Virus record (IMG/VR): IMGVR_UViG_3300039208_000099
Coordinates: 1 to 27,099 of that record
Direction: 5' to 3' (one strand)
Length of the DNA: 27,099 bases
From: a virus
Taxonomy: Duplodnaviria; Caudoviricetes
Shown: in pieces, positions 16,670 to 25,532 of the stretch
Layout of the letters: each line of letters starts with the position of its first letter
Position numbering within the stretch: position 1 is the first letter of the stretch
Made by a program: the position numbers and the translations under genes
The notes under the pieces: model-generated
Told to the model about the DNA's origin: nothing
Databases searched by the model: none
Seen by the model: the letters and a program-made list of their open reading frames with translations, nothing else

Positions 16670-18424
16670 CTACCCTTTGTTTGCCTCCGCTATTGCTGAC
16701 AGGTGTGATTGATCTGGACCACTCGCTTCAGCACTCTCTTCGGCTTTTTTACCTTCGGCATAATACTGGAAGATGCCACTACTTACATTATAGCTGTCGT
16801 GAGCGTAATTCATAAGAGCGGAAGAGTCAGGATGATCATCATGTGCATCAGGCTCGTCTGGATGCTCCACGACCATCAGCTCTCCGACTTGCCGCCGAGT
16901 CAGCTTGAGCATCTCGTCTTCGAATTCTTCACTGGCCAGAGCCGTCTTGTGCTCGGCATCCATCTCAGTGCCAGCAGGCATTGCTTTGACTGGATATTTC
17001 ATCGGATCTTGCCAGAAGTATGCAAAGAGTCCATTCACGATTTTTTGATAGAATGCTTTGTACATCACATCCTTCGTGATCCTGCTGAATTTCACTCGAT
17101 AGATCTTGTATGAAGTGGACCGCTCGAAGAGATCTGGCATGAAATCACCTTGTCCAGTGGAGTCGATAGCACCAGCAGCGATCTTGAAGAATGACAGCTC
17201 GGCTTTGATCATTTCGAATTGGTCCTGGTAGTTCAGGCCTTTGAGCTGCACAGAGCGGACTGTCGTGAGCCTGCCATTGATCACTCGGCCGATCTTCAGC
17301 ACAGTCTGGTCCTTGCTCTTCGCAGTATCCAGTCCGAAGTAGTGATCATGCTCGGTCCAGATCCTGAATCGCTCATATCGAGCCTCTTCAATATTGTGCG
17401 ACTTGGCCCATTCATCCTTCTGAGGTAGTGAGCGGACACCTCCCTTGAGCCATTCCAGGTATTCTCGGAATTCTGGATCAGATCCTGGATTGTCAAAGTT
17501 GTGGACCACCCTGCCTTTGAAGAGCTCCTCTGCTGTGATGAACATTCCAGCCTCGATCTGCCACACATTGAAATATGGCTTCTGGATCTCAGGACTTGCC
17601 AGGCCATAGCGTTCAATGTCGGCCTTGACCTTCTTCTCATACACCAGATGCTTTGCGTCTTCAGTGAGCTCATACATCCTGCGACGATCAGCGGCGATCT
17701 CTGGATATGTCATCACATATGCTCGGCCCTTCTGAATATCCCAGTAGAAGTCACATGTGGCATCACCAGCAGTGCCGACCTTCAGGACCACCGCATTTGT
17801 TGATGCACCCATCGGCAGGATGTCTTCATTCACGATCCGATCATTTATGTCTTGAGCCTCTTCAATGATAATAACGTGCAGCGTCTTTGATTCTGGCTTT
17901 GATGTCGATGTCACAGGGAAGATGTAGCAGCTTGAGCCATTGCCGAGCGTGATCGTTTTGGCATTGCTCTCTTCTTTGGCCTTCCTGTTTGCGTCGTGAT
18001 CTGTGACCATCAGATCTTTGCGAGATTTGGCCAGAGCGTTCTTCAGCCGTTTGAAGTCAGTATTTGCCTGCTCCTTCTGTGGAGCAAAGATTCCGATCTC
18101 GATCGGCACTTTGAAGAGCTTTGTGACAAATATCATAATGACCTCACAGATGTGGACCACTGTTGTTGTCTTGCCTGATTGACGAGTGTATTCAAAATTC
18201 AGGACCGCAGATTCCAGAGCCTCGATGTCAGCCTCAGTGATCTTCTCCTGAGTGAGCATCAGCATATTCTGGACCAGCGGATACATCACCATTCGCCAGA
18301 TCCTCCACTGATAGCGGTAGAATCTAGTCTTGTGATACTTCAGCAGATGCTTTGCTGTCAGCAGTTGCAGCTTTTTGACTATCTGCTCCACTGACAAGCT
18401 GTGGATCTGATTCTGGCTCGTCAT
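16670..18424 (-). CDS. terL: Terminase large subunit
   Basis: Walker A TRQSGKTT, Walker B VIIIEEAQD, coupling motif GTA, nuclease motifs GLDTAKSKDQT, IDSTGQGD and HDDHPDS. Confidence 0.93.
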   Translation of the reverse strand: MTSQNQIHSLSVEQIVKKLQLLTAKHLLKYHKTRFYRYQWRIWRMVMYPLVQNMLMLTQEKITEADIEALESAVLNFEYTRQSGKTTTVVHICEVIMIFVTKLFKVPIEIGIFAPQKEQANTDFKRLKNALAKSRKDLMVTDHDANRKAKEESNAKTITLGNGSSCYIFPVTSTSKPESKTLHVIIIEEAQDINDRIVNEDILPMGASTNAVVLKVGTAGDATCDFYWDIQKGRAYVMTYPEIAADRRRMYELTEDAKHLVYEKKVKADIERYGLASPEIQKPYFNVWQIEAGMFITAEELFKGRVVHNFDNPGSDPEFREYLEWLKGGVRSLPQKDEWAKSHNIEEARYERFRIWTEHDHYFGLDTAKSKDQTVLKIGRVINGRLTTVRSVQLKGLNYQDQFEMIKAELSFFKIAAGAIDSTGQGDFMPDLFERSTSYKIYRVKFSRITKDVMYKAFYQKIVNGLFAYFWQDPMKYPVKAMPAGTEMDAEHKTALASEEFEDEMLKLTRRQVGELMVVEHPDEPDAHDDHPDSSALMNYAHDSYNVSSGIFQYYAEGKKAEESAEASGPDQSHLSAIAEANKG

Positions 18425-18950
18425 CGATGATCACCTCTCCATCTTTTATCAATCCGTATTCTTCGAGTAATGCTTCCACAGGATCACGACCAGCGTCAGG
18501 CTGCAAGTCTTTGACATTTGTCGGCTCTCTCAGCTCCACCTTGAGGATCTCATAGCAGAGCTTCTTGTCCATCATATTGAGCCGATCCCATCTGCCGACA
18601 TCCTTGACAATGTTGGCAATAAGTTTTGCCTTTGCCCTTCTCAATGTCGGCACATTTCTCCGCTCAAGCTCAAGTGCTGCCTTGATCTTCGCTTCCGTTT
18701 TTTCTTGCTCGAATTTTGCCTTCTCTTTGCCCCATCCACCACAGTTTCGTGTGGTGTTGCCAGCTTTGATCTGTTTGACGCTCCAGCCTTTGACTTCTTG
18801 CAGCCATGTTGCGACCATAGGATACCCCTCAGCGAGCATGAATTCTCGCTTGAGCTGTTCCCAGTCTATGTATTTTGTGACTGCTGTTGTGGCATGTTTC
18901 GGATTATTCGAGATGCCATCAATCGCAGATCGTGGCTTCTTGCTTGACAT
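18324..18950 (-). CDS. terS: Terminase small subunit (probable)
   Basis: IDWEQLKREF N-terminal HTH-like start, helical middle, acidic tail; directly upstream of terL. Confidence 0.65.
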   Translation of the reverse strand: MSSKKPRSAIDGISNNPKHATTAVTKYIDWEQLKREFMLAEGYPMVATWLQEVKGWSVKQIKAGNTTRNCGGWGKEKAKFEQEKTEAKIKAALELERRNVPTLRRAKAKLIANIVKDVGRWDRLNMMDKKLCYEILKVELREPTNVKDLQPDAGRDPVEALLEEYGLIKDGEVIIDDEPESDPQLVSGADSQKAATADSKASAEVSQD

Positions 18951-18952
18951 CT

Positions 18953-19171
18953 CTATCCCTTCTTGAGTTTTTTGCCTTTGCTTGGTGATTCTACTTTTTT
19001 GAATTCGCCGCCGAGATCTTTGATCCCAGTGACTGAATAATTCGTGCGGCTCTCAATTTGCTTTGCATGCTCAATGGCCGCATCTTTGGTCCTAGCTTGG
19101 ACTGTGACTTGTATCACATTGACCTTGCCGAGATCCGTCTCATCATATGCTTGTATTGAATATTCGAACAT
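18953..19171 (-). CDS. Hypothetical protein
   Basis: 72 aa, strong SD GAGGAGG, abuts terS. Confidence 0.65.
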   Translation of the reverse strand: MFEYSIQAYDETDLGKVNVIQVTVQARTKDAAIEHAKQIESRTNYSVTGIKDLGGEFKKVESPSKGKKLKKG

Positions 19172-19196
19172 AGTGCCTCCTCTCTCCTGATTATAC
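19172..19196 (-). promoter_or_regulatory. Promoter-like TATAAT plus purine-rich SD at the head of the packaging operon
   Basis: GTATAATCAGGAGAGAGGAGG; TATAAT at 19190-19195 overlaps the stop of the HTH gene. Confidence 0.5.
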
Positions 19197-19493
19197 TCTG
19201 CCCTCTTTGAAGGCTAGTCTTGCCTCCAGGATCATTTGCAATTTGCCATCGGCCAGCTTGAATCTGAGCCGTCTGACACTGCTTGATATGCTTGGCTGAC
19301 TGACGTTGAAAACATTGCCGATCTCTGCGTGAGTGTAGCCTGCACACAGAAGGTCCACAATAAGCTGCTCTCGGAATGTGAGCTCGTCATATGTTGCCTC
19401 AGCGACGCTGAAGCCGACGATCTTCTCTAGTGGAGTAATTTCTTTGAACATATCATTTTTGTCCACGTCTTCGATCTTTGTTTTTTCTGACAT
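19191..19493 (-). CDS. Sigma70 region-4 / LuxR-type HTH protein, candidate late-gene regulator
   Basis: LTFREQLIVDLLCAGYTHAEIGNVFNVSQPSISSSVRRLRFKL is a canonical r4/LuxR HTH pattern. Confidence 0.8.
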   Translation of the reverse strand: MSEKTKIEDVDKNDMFKEITPLEKIVGFSVAEATYDELTFREQLIVDLLCAGYTHAEIGNVFNVSQPSISSSVRRLRFKLADGKLQMILEARLAFKEGRV

Positions 19494-19680
19494 TCCGAGT
19501 GATTCCTATAGTTCCGTCTGGAGCTCTCCCCACACTTGTTGATTTGTCTCGGACGAGTCGTGCAGATACATTTCGACCGCAGCGATAGCATGGCATGACC
19601 AGAGTTTCCTTCTCAACACCGTCGAGATGTACGTCCTGGTCCATTCCACACCATTCGTGCTTGTATCTGTATATTCCCAC
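19453..19680 (-). CDS. Small zinc-ribbon protein (FmdB-like)
   Basis: MGIYRYKHEWCG...CYRCG (HxxC/CxxC); GTG start overlapping the GT4 stop. Confidence 0.6.
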   Translation of the reverse strand: MGIYRYKHEWCGMDQDVHLDGVEKETLVMPCYRCGRNVSARLVRDKSTSVGRAPDGTIGITRNVRKNKDRRRGQK

Positions 19681-21092
19681 TACTTGCCGCCCTTTTTCTT
19701 CCGCTCTAGCTTGCGACGCTGAGCTCTATTCATGAATTGCTCTGCTGGCTTCTCGTTCTCTTCTCTGGAAGCCTGGAGAGCCTCCTCCACGACCTGAATC
19801 CACTGTCGGCAGATCTTTGACCAGTCCAGCTCTCGCACCCACTGATATGCTGCTTCGACGTTTGGCATATCCTTCTGGTCCATAATGCCTTCAATAATGT
19901 CGGCAGCAGCTTTGACATCAGCCAGCGGCCGCAAGCGATCATTGTCCATCTGATTGATGACGAACATGCTCGGATCTGCTCCAGAAGGGATCAGCTTGCC
20001 TCTATTGTTTGCCATCATCTCATTGAGACTCGTATTGCCAGGAGCGACGATCGGAGTCTTTGTGGCCATTGCTTCTGTGATGCTCAAGCCCCATCCCTCG
20101 CCGAGAGTAGTGCTCAGCACCATGTCTGCGGCATTGTAGATCCGATTCACGGCCTCGATCGGCATTCCCTGATTTGCTGTGAAGATTTTCGGAGATGGCA
20201 GGAAGAATTCATACTCCTTGCCCAGTCCGAGCTGATTTGCCATCGTGAAGATATTGCCGCCAGAGTCATCATATTGCATGTGTAGATAGAGCAGTGGCCT
20301 TCGGCCTCGATCCCATAATTCCTTCAAGATCATGAGTGAGCGAGCAATGTCCTTGCGTGGCTGATTGCGATTCACATTGACGATCAAGAATCGATCTTTT
20401 GCTTTGCCGTTGAAAAATTGCTCTTTGAAGTTTTCGACATCTTGTCTGTCCTGAATAGGGAAGAAGTCCTGCGGATTATTGCCATGATAGATCACTCGCA
20501 AGCGGTCCTTCAGATCTGGCTGATGCCTGAGCACCTCCTCTTCACCGAATTTTGTGTACACGACAGGGAAGTCAGCTCCAGCGACAGTCTCGGCCCATTC
20601 AGGCTTCAGTTTGGCATCGACAGGGAAGTAGAAAACAGTCTTGAATGTCTTCATGCCTCGCTCTTTGAGAGCCGCCTGAGTCTTCTGGATCTCTTCCATG
20701 ATCGGCTGAATGACGAATGTGTCCTGGATCATATAGACGGCATCATACTTGCCTGAGCCCATCAGATCGAGCAGTCGCTGTCTTCCATAGACATCACCAT
20801 ATGCTCCAGCCTGCATCATTGCTCCAGGCATCGCAGGCCACACATTGCCAGGCCATTTCTTGTCATCCTTCGGATCTCCTGAATAATTGATCGCCAGGAC
20901 ATCAAGATCATATTTGCCAGTCGCATGCAGCTCTCTGGCTATGTTGCCGAGTACCTGAGCGAATCCTGTCGCACAGCAGTAGTCACCATATAGCAGGATC
21001 TTCGGCTTCTCTTGTGGCTTGGCTGGCATCGACAGATGTGATTCACCGATTGCGTCCAGGCCTGCTTTTGGCTTTGTCATTAGAGCATCCAT
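19680..21092 (-). CDS. Glycosyltransferase, GT-B fold, family 4-like
   Basis: ATGFAQV, VIYHG, NVNRNQPRKD and STTLGEGWGLSITEAMAT (E-x7-E) motifs. Confidence 0.92.
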   Translation of the reverse strand: MDALMTKPKAGLDAIGESHLSMPAKPQEKPKILLYGDYCCATGFAQVLGNIARELHATGKYDLDVLAINYSGDPKDDKKWPGNVWPAMPGAMMQAGAYGDVYGRQRLLDLMGSGKYDAVYMIQDTFVIQPIMEEIQKTQAALKERGMKTFKTVFYFPVDAKLKPEWAETVAGADFPVVYTKFGEEEVLRHQPDLKDRLRVIYHGNNPQDFFPIQDRQDVENFKEQFFNGKAKDRFLIVNVNRNQPRKDIARSLMILKELWDRGRRPLLYLHMQYDDSGGNIFTMANQLGLGKEYEFFLPSPKIFTANQGMPIEAVNRIYNAADMVLSTTLGEGWGLSITEAMATKTPIVAPGNTSLNEMMANNRGKLIPSGADPSMFVINQMDNDRLRPLADVKAAADIIEGIMDQKDMPNVEAAYQWVRELDWSKICRQWIQVVEEALQASREENEKPAEQFMNRAQRRKLERKKKGGK

Positions 21093-21093
21093 A

Positions 21094-21357
21094 TCACTTT
21101 TTCTCCTTCATTTGTTTCAATGTCCATGCGAGTCCGAGCAAATATCGATCTGACACAGGCTCTGACTGCAATACTCTCCGAAGTGTCTCATTGCAAATTT
21201 CGGCAAGCCGATTGCCCTCGATAGCGTTGCTGGCAAATGACTCTTGCCATTGGAGAAGTTCTACAACGGGGAGGCTTCTGACGTATGTCATTGCTGAGTC
21301 AGCAGCAGGATGATATTCACCATCCCTGATTGTTCCTGGAGCTTCTACAGCATCCAT
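21094..21357 (-). CDS. Hypothetical protein
   Basis: 87 aa co-oriented ORF filling the gap between dehydratase and GT4; SD GGAG. Confidence 0.65.
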   Translation of the reverse strand: MDAVEAPGTIRDGEYHPAADSAMTYVRSLPVVELLQWQESFASNAIEGNRLAEICNETLRRVLQSEPVSDRYLLGLAWTLKQMKEKK

Positions 21358-22484
21358 TGCTTATTCTCCAGCGTCCATTCGACAGTTTTCTTCATTGATT
21401 CTTCAAAGCTGACAGGAGGCTTCCAGCCGAGATCAAAGAGCTTTGAGCCGTCCAGTGCATAGCGACGATCGTGTCCAGGCCGAGTCTGATGGAAGTCCAC
21501 CAGCTTGTATTTGAGTGGCTCTCCGACGAGCTTTGCGATCTCTTGAGCGAGCTCCAGATTGTTCTTCTCAGTATCGCCGACCACGTTGTATCTATCTGGC
21601 ATCACAATTTCATTATTGTCCACATATTTTGTCGGAGTACCCTGATTGATCAGGAAGAGCAGAGCGTCTGCGTGATTCCGAGCGTGGAGATAGAAGCGTG
21701 AGCCGATATATTCTTCAGTGCCATGAATGGTGACAGTATCGCCATTGTGGATGCCTTTGATAAGCATCGGCACGAATTTCTCAGGATCTTGCATCTCTCC
21801 GATATTGTTCATGGTGTTTGTGATGATCAGCGGCACATCGTATGTCCGCCAGTAGCTGATTGCGATTGCCTCTTGAGCGGCTTTGCTGGCTGAGTATGGA
21901 TTGCTCGGCAAAATGACGGACCATTCAGGATGATCGTGTATCGGAGCAGCTCCATACACCTCATCTGTGCTCACCTGGATGAAGATCTCAGGCTTGATCT
22001 GACGTGCATATTCCAGCATATTCAGGACCAGAGCGACATTGTTTTCGACAAATGGCACAGGATCTGTGATGCTGCGGTCCACATGGCTCTCTGATGCCAT
22101 ATTCACAACATAATCAATGTGACCGATACGATCAATCATTTGCTCTGAGAATGGAGCGGCCAGATCATGAGTCACCACATGACAGCGACTTCTCCAGTCA
22201 GGATGAGCTTCTAGCATCTCTGCGATGCGATCTGTCTTCCCTTTGTGTCTGAAGCTGTCGATCAGGACCAGCTCCCAGTCAGTATTGTGCATGAAGTGAG
22301 CCAGCGTGTGTGCTCCGATGAAGCCACCTGCTCCAGTCAATAGTGCTCGCTTGACTACAGGATCAGGAAGATCATTGCAGTTGCAGGCATGCTCTTGGTG
22401 TGGACAGTAGTGATGAGTCTCTTTGTACTCACACTCGGCAGGTGTTGTCTTCTCCCATTGGCAATCTTTTTTGTGTTCACTCAT
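21345..22484 (-). CDS. rmlB: NDP-glucose 4,6-dehydratase (RmlB/RfbB-like SDR) with Cys/His-rich N-terminal extension
   Basis: TGAGGFIG, ASESHVDRSI, STDEVYG, YSASK and RPGHDRRYALD are signature motifs of dTDP-glucose 4,6-dehydratases. Confidence 0.92.
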   Translation of the reverse strand: MSEHKKDCQWEKTTPAECEYKETHHYCPHQEHACNCNDLPDPVVKRALLTGAGGFIGAHTLAHFMHNTDWELVLIDSFRHKGKTDRIAEMLEAHPDWRSRCHVVTHDLAAPFSEQMIDRIGHIDYVVNMASESHVDRSITDPVPFVENNVALVLNMLEYARQIKPEIFIQVSTDEVYGAAPIHDHPEWSVILPSNPYSASKAAQEAIAISYWRTYDVPLIITNTMNNIGEMQDPEKFVPMLIKGIHNGDTVTIHGTEEYIGSRFYLHARNHADALLFLINQGTPTKYVDNNEIVMPDRYNVVGDTEKNNLELAQEIAKLVGEPLKYKLVDFHQTRPGHDRRYALDGSKLFDLGWKPPVSFEESMKKTVEWTLENKQWML

Positions 22485-22801
22485 TTTGAATTCTCTCCCT
22501 CTTCCTCGAGTTCTTTGATAAGTGTGTCGATCAGCTCTGATCTACTGTTGAATTCCCTGAGCTTTGCCTTTGCTCGGCCGAGAATAAACACGAGCCAGAT
22601 CCATGCCAGGAATACAGTCAGATACCAGTGGCCTCCCCAGTATGCGAAGTTCAATGTCATCACCAGGATCAAGCAGCCGAAGCTGAAGGTGTCCGATATG
22701 ATCGCCTGCAGAGCAGACTCCCTGACATACACCAGCCTCTTCTCTGGCTTCTTGATGGTCACAGGATCTATCTTCGAGAGCCTGTCTTTTTGATTATTCA
22801 C
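22481..22801 (-). CDS. Hypothetical membrane protein (two TM segments)
   Basis: FSFGCLILVMTLNFAYW and WYLTVFLAWIWLVFIL; ATGA overlaps on both sides. Confidence 0.65.
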   Translation of the reverse strand: MNNQKDRLSKIDPVTIKKPEKRLVYVRESALQAIISDTFSFGCLILVMTLNFAYWGGHWYLTVFLAWIWLVFILGRAKAKLREFNSRSELIDTLIKELEEEGENSK

Positions 22802-23535
22802 GATTGCACCTCCTTAGTTAGTGGCCCGACCACAGTGCCATCTGCCCTCTTCCATTGAGCAGGTGTGAGATCAGGATCGTTGTATGGTGTTTTGAATGTC
22901 TCATCCAGCAGGCGAGTGACAGAGCCCCACTTCTTCAGGAAGTAGTCATGGCTCGGCTGGCTATTTGGATTGTCCATCAGGCTTGTGGCCACACCGCCAT
23001 AGTGGACCATCGGAGCTTGGTTTGTGCAGATCTCTTTGAAGCCCAGGAGCTTCGATCGGTAGTGGCTGTCATTGTCTTCATACCAGGCAGGGATGAAATT
23101 CTCATCAAAGAAGCCGACCTTCTCGAAGTAGTCACGAGCGACCAGGAAGCAGGAGAAATTCGGATGGTCCGACATGCTCTCTGGAGCATCAGGCTTCTCA
23201 TAAGTCAGGATGTCTTCTGGCATAGCGAGCTCCAGCAGAATATTGTTCGGAGTCACCATCACCACGCCATCTTGATTGTGCTTCTGATGCGTCTCTACCA
23301 TCACATCGATGCAGTGTGGAGCGAATAGAATATCGTCGTTGCAGATCAGAGCATAGTCACAGCCCTCATCGAATGCTTGCATGGCAATATCATTCCAGGC
23401 TTGTGAGAGCGGCCGATTGTACCGCCATTGATCAATAATGTAGAGATTCCAGTCGTGCTCAGTTTTGATGCTGTGCAGCGTCTCTGCGAGCCCCTTGAAG
23501 TTATTGAGTACAGCAAAGCCGATTCCGATTTTCAT
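22798..23535 (-). CDS. Glycosyltransferase family 2 (GT-A fold)
   Basis: LSQAWN, LICNDDILF (DxD-like), VGFFDENFIPAWYEDNDS, MVHYGG motifs. Confidence 0.9.
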   Translation of the reverse strand: MKIGIGFAVLNNFKGLAETLHSIKTEHDWNLYIIDQWRYNRPLSQAWNDIAMQAFDEGCDYALICNDDILFAPHCIDVMVETHQKHNQDGVVMVTPNNILLELAMPEDILTYEKPDAPESMSDHPNFSCFLVARDYFEKVGFFDENFIPAWYEDNDSHYRSKLLGFKEICTNQAPMVHYGGVATSLMDNPNSQPSHDYFLKKWGSVTRLLDETFKTPYNDPDLTPAQWKRADGTVVGPLTKEVQS

Positions 23536-23774
23536 TTTTTTGCCTCCTTGATAGCCTCTTCTTCAATGGCCTTGATTGTCCGCTGGATGTTTTTCTCATA
23601 ATCACTTCGCAAATTGTCGAGCCATTTGATGAATTCTTTTGCATCTTCCTGAGCTTTGATGTTGCCGACACTGATTGTTGCTTGTGCGACGATGGCGGCA
23701 TTATATTCAAGTGCGAGCTTCAAGAGAGCCATCCACGCCATATTCTCTGCATGAGTTTGTTTGTCGTTTTGCAC
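23532..23774 (-). CDS. Hypothetical helical protein
   Basis: Co-oriented ORF; GTG at 23774 is better spaced from SD GGAGGT than 23783. Confidence 0.6.
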   Translation of the reverse strand: MQNDKQTHAENMAWMALLKLALEYNAAIVAQATISVGNIKAQEDAKEFIKWLDNLRSDYEKNIQRTIKAIEEEAIKEAKK

Positions 23775-23776
23775 TT

Positions 23777-24520
23777 TTAGCACCTCCCCTTGTATGTTTG
23801 ATCTGATTCTGACTTGATGTCCTTGCGTACAAAAAAGCAGTCGTTGTGCTCATAGATCGGAGAATCAAGAATGAATCCCTTTGTCTCAAGCCAGGCTGCC
23901 ACCTGATGTCCTGGAGTCTCTCCTTTGTAGACTGGAGTCACAGAGAGCTCAATGCACAGGTATTTGAATTGCTTGAGCCAGCCACCCATGCCGAGCAGGA
24001 TCTCCATCTCATTGCCCTGAGTATCTAGCTGGAGTGTATCGTATTGCGACAGATCGATCAGATGCTTATTGCCACGATCGTCAGTGTACATTTGATCATT
24101 GTATTGCTTGGCCCATGTCTTGAATTTGACCAGCTCGATCTCTTCAGTGCCGACGATAGCCGCCTGGCCTTGATTCCAGTTGCGTTTGACCTCTGGATGC
24201 TCCCATTCAGTCTCGTATATTGATGAGCCTTTGCCGTCGATGTCAGTGACCTGTAGTGTCTCCATCTTGTCAGCATCGTGCAGGCCGAGCTTGAAGCAGG
24301 CCACTTTGTCTCCATATCGCTCCTGGAGAATATCGAATGCGGATGTCAGCGGCTCAAATGCGATCAGATTATCGATACCCATGCGGATGAAATTCTCCAT
24401 CTCTTCTCCGTCATTCGCACCAGCCTGGACCACGCCATTGAGATCAAAGCCTTGCACAGTGAAATGGCTGAGCTTGTTTCGCTCTTCGGCTTCGTAGAAT
24501 CCTGGTAGATCACGCTTCAT
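23777..24520 (-). CDS. FkbM-family SAM-dependent methyltransferase
   Basis: VVQAGANDGEE, IAFEPL, GSSI, LQLDTQGNEMEILLG, IELS...YKG, WLETKGF motifs. Confidence 0.88.
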   Translation of the reverse strand: MKRDLPGFYEAEERNKLSHFTVQGFDLNGVVQAGANDGEEMENFIRMGIDNLIAFEPLTSAFDILQERYGDKVACFKLGLHDADKMETLQVTDIDGKGSSIYETEWEHPEVKRNWNQGQAAIVGTEEIELVKFKTWAKQYNDQMYTDDRGNKHLIDLSQYDTLQLDTQGNEMEILLGMGGWLKQFKYLCIELSVTPVYKGETPGHQVAAWLETKGFILDSPIYEHNDCFFVRKDIKSESDQTYKGRC

Positions 24521-24752
24521 CGCTACCTCCGAAGAATCCGAAGCGAGCCTTCAAATATTGATAATCCTTGCGATTGCGAGATGGACCACGACACCTTGAT
24601 GCCTTTGGATGATCGTGCGGCAGTGATTTGATGTGCTCCACATATTCATCCTCTGTGACAGGCTTGTTGTGATTCTCTTTTAGCCATGCGACACGCTCAG
24701 CAGATCCGAAGGCAGTATCCCAGTTGAATTCAGCTCGCTCAATTTTCTTCAT
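24510..24752 (-). CDS. Hypothetical protein
   Basis: About 80 aa; ATG 24752 has a GGAG SD; overlaps neighbours. Confidence 0.55.
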   Translation of the reverse strand: MKKIERAEFNWDTAFGSAERVAWLKENHNKPVTEDEYVEHIKSLPHDHPKASRCRGPSRNRKDYQYLKARFGFFGGSDEA

Positions 24753-25047
24753 CTGGCACTCCATCCTTCGGATTCCACCACTTGAAGCTGATCGGCGGCA
24801 GTTCTGGAATCTTTGCTCCGAGCTTCAGTGACTTGAATTCATTTGATGTGCAGACAATAGCGAACACCTGGCGGCTTGAATCGTAGTAGACATGATGAAA
24901 TTGCACATCTTCAGGCAAATGGCCTTCCTGGATCACCCATCGCTTTGAAGTCATAAAATGCACCAGTGCTGACGGATGCATCCAGAGCAGTGCCTGACGG
25001 CTGCTGTCTGGAGTTTTGTCTTTTGATCTGTTGCCGAGTATGCTCAT
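24739..25047 (-). CDS. Hypothetical protein
   Basis: Start reassigned to ATG 25047 (ATGA overlap with GNAT stop); 102 aa. Confidence 0.6.
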   Translation of the reverse strand: MSILGNRSKDKTPDSSRQALLWMHPSALVHFMTSKRWVIQEGHLPEDVQFHHVYYDSSRQVFAIVCTSNEFKSLKLGAKIPELPPISFKWWNPKDGVPDEEN

Positions 25048-25532
25048 GCTGCTTGCTCCTGTTCTTCCCATCTATGGACCATCACGAGCAGATCTGCTGT
25101 GTCTTCGACGGCCACATATCCGAGCTTCCTGTATAAGTTTATTGCTCGCTCATTGCCACGAAGTACATCCAGCCACACCTCGTCAGCGTGGAGATCTTCA
25201 TGAGCAATCAGTGTCATTTGTTCGAATAAGAAGTGGCCTGCACCCTTGCCACGAGCGTCAGCGATCAGTCCGCCTGACACCCACCACTTCTCGTCTCGGA
25301 GGCTTATCAGCCCATAGCCGATCGGATCAATGCCGTCTCGGACCACAAAGCCATAGAGCTCACCAGCTTCATGACTCGGAATATATGTGTCTCGATACCA
25401 TTCAAGCTGCTGCTCTGGAAGGATCTCAGCGTCATTGTGCGTCATAAATGTGCGGACCTGATTGCGGCAGGCACTCATTTCCAGAGCTTCGTCTGGACTC
25501 TTGATGCTATCTAGCGAGATACCTGATTTCAT
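25044..25532 (-). CDS. GNAT N-acetyltransferase (PseH-like; candidate amino-sugar acetyltransferase)
   Basis: RN.VR.FM....I.PEQQLEWY N-terminus as in PseH-type enzymes; acetyl-CoA motifs ARGKGAG and NERAINLYRKLGY. Start 25532 has SD GGAGG. Confidence 0.8.
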   Translation of the reverse strand: MKSGISLDSIKSPDEALEMSACRNQVRTFMTHNDAEILPEQQLEWYRDTYIPSHEAGELYGFVVRDGIDPIGYGLISLRDEKWWVSGGLIADARGKGAGHFLFEQMTLIAHEDLHADEVWLDVLRGNERAINLYRKLGYVAVEDTADLLVMVHRWEEQEQAA

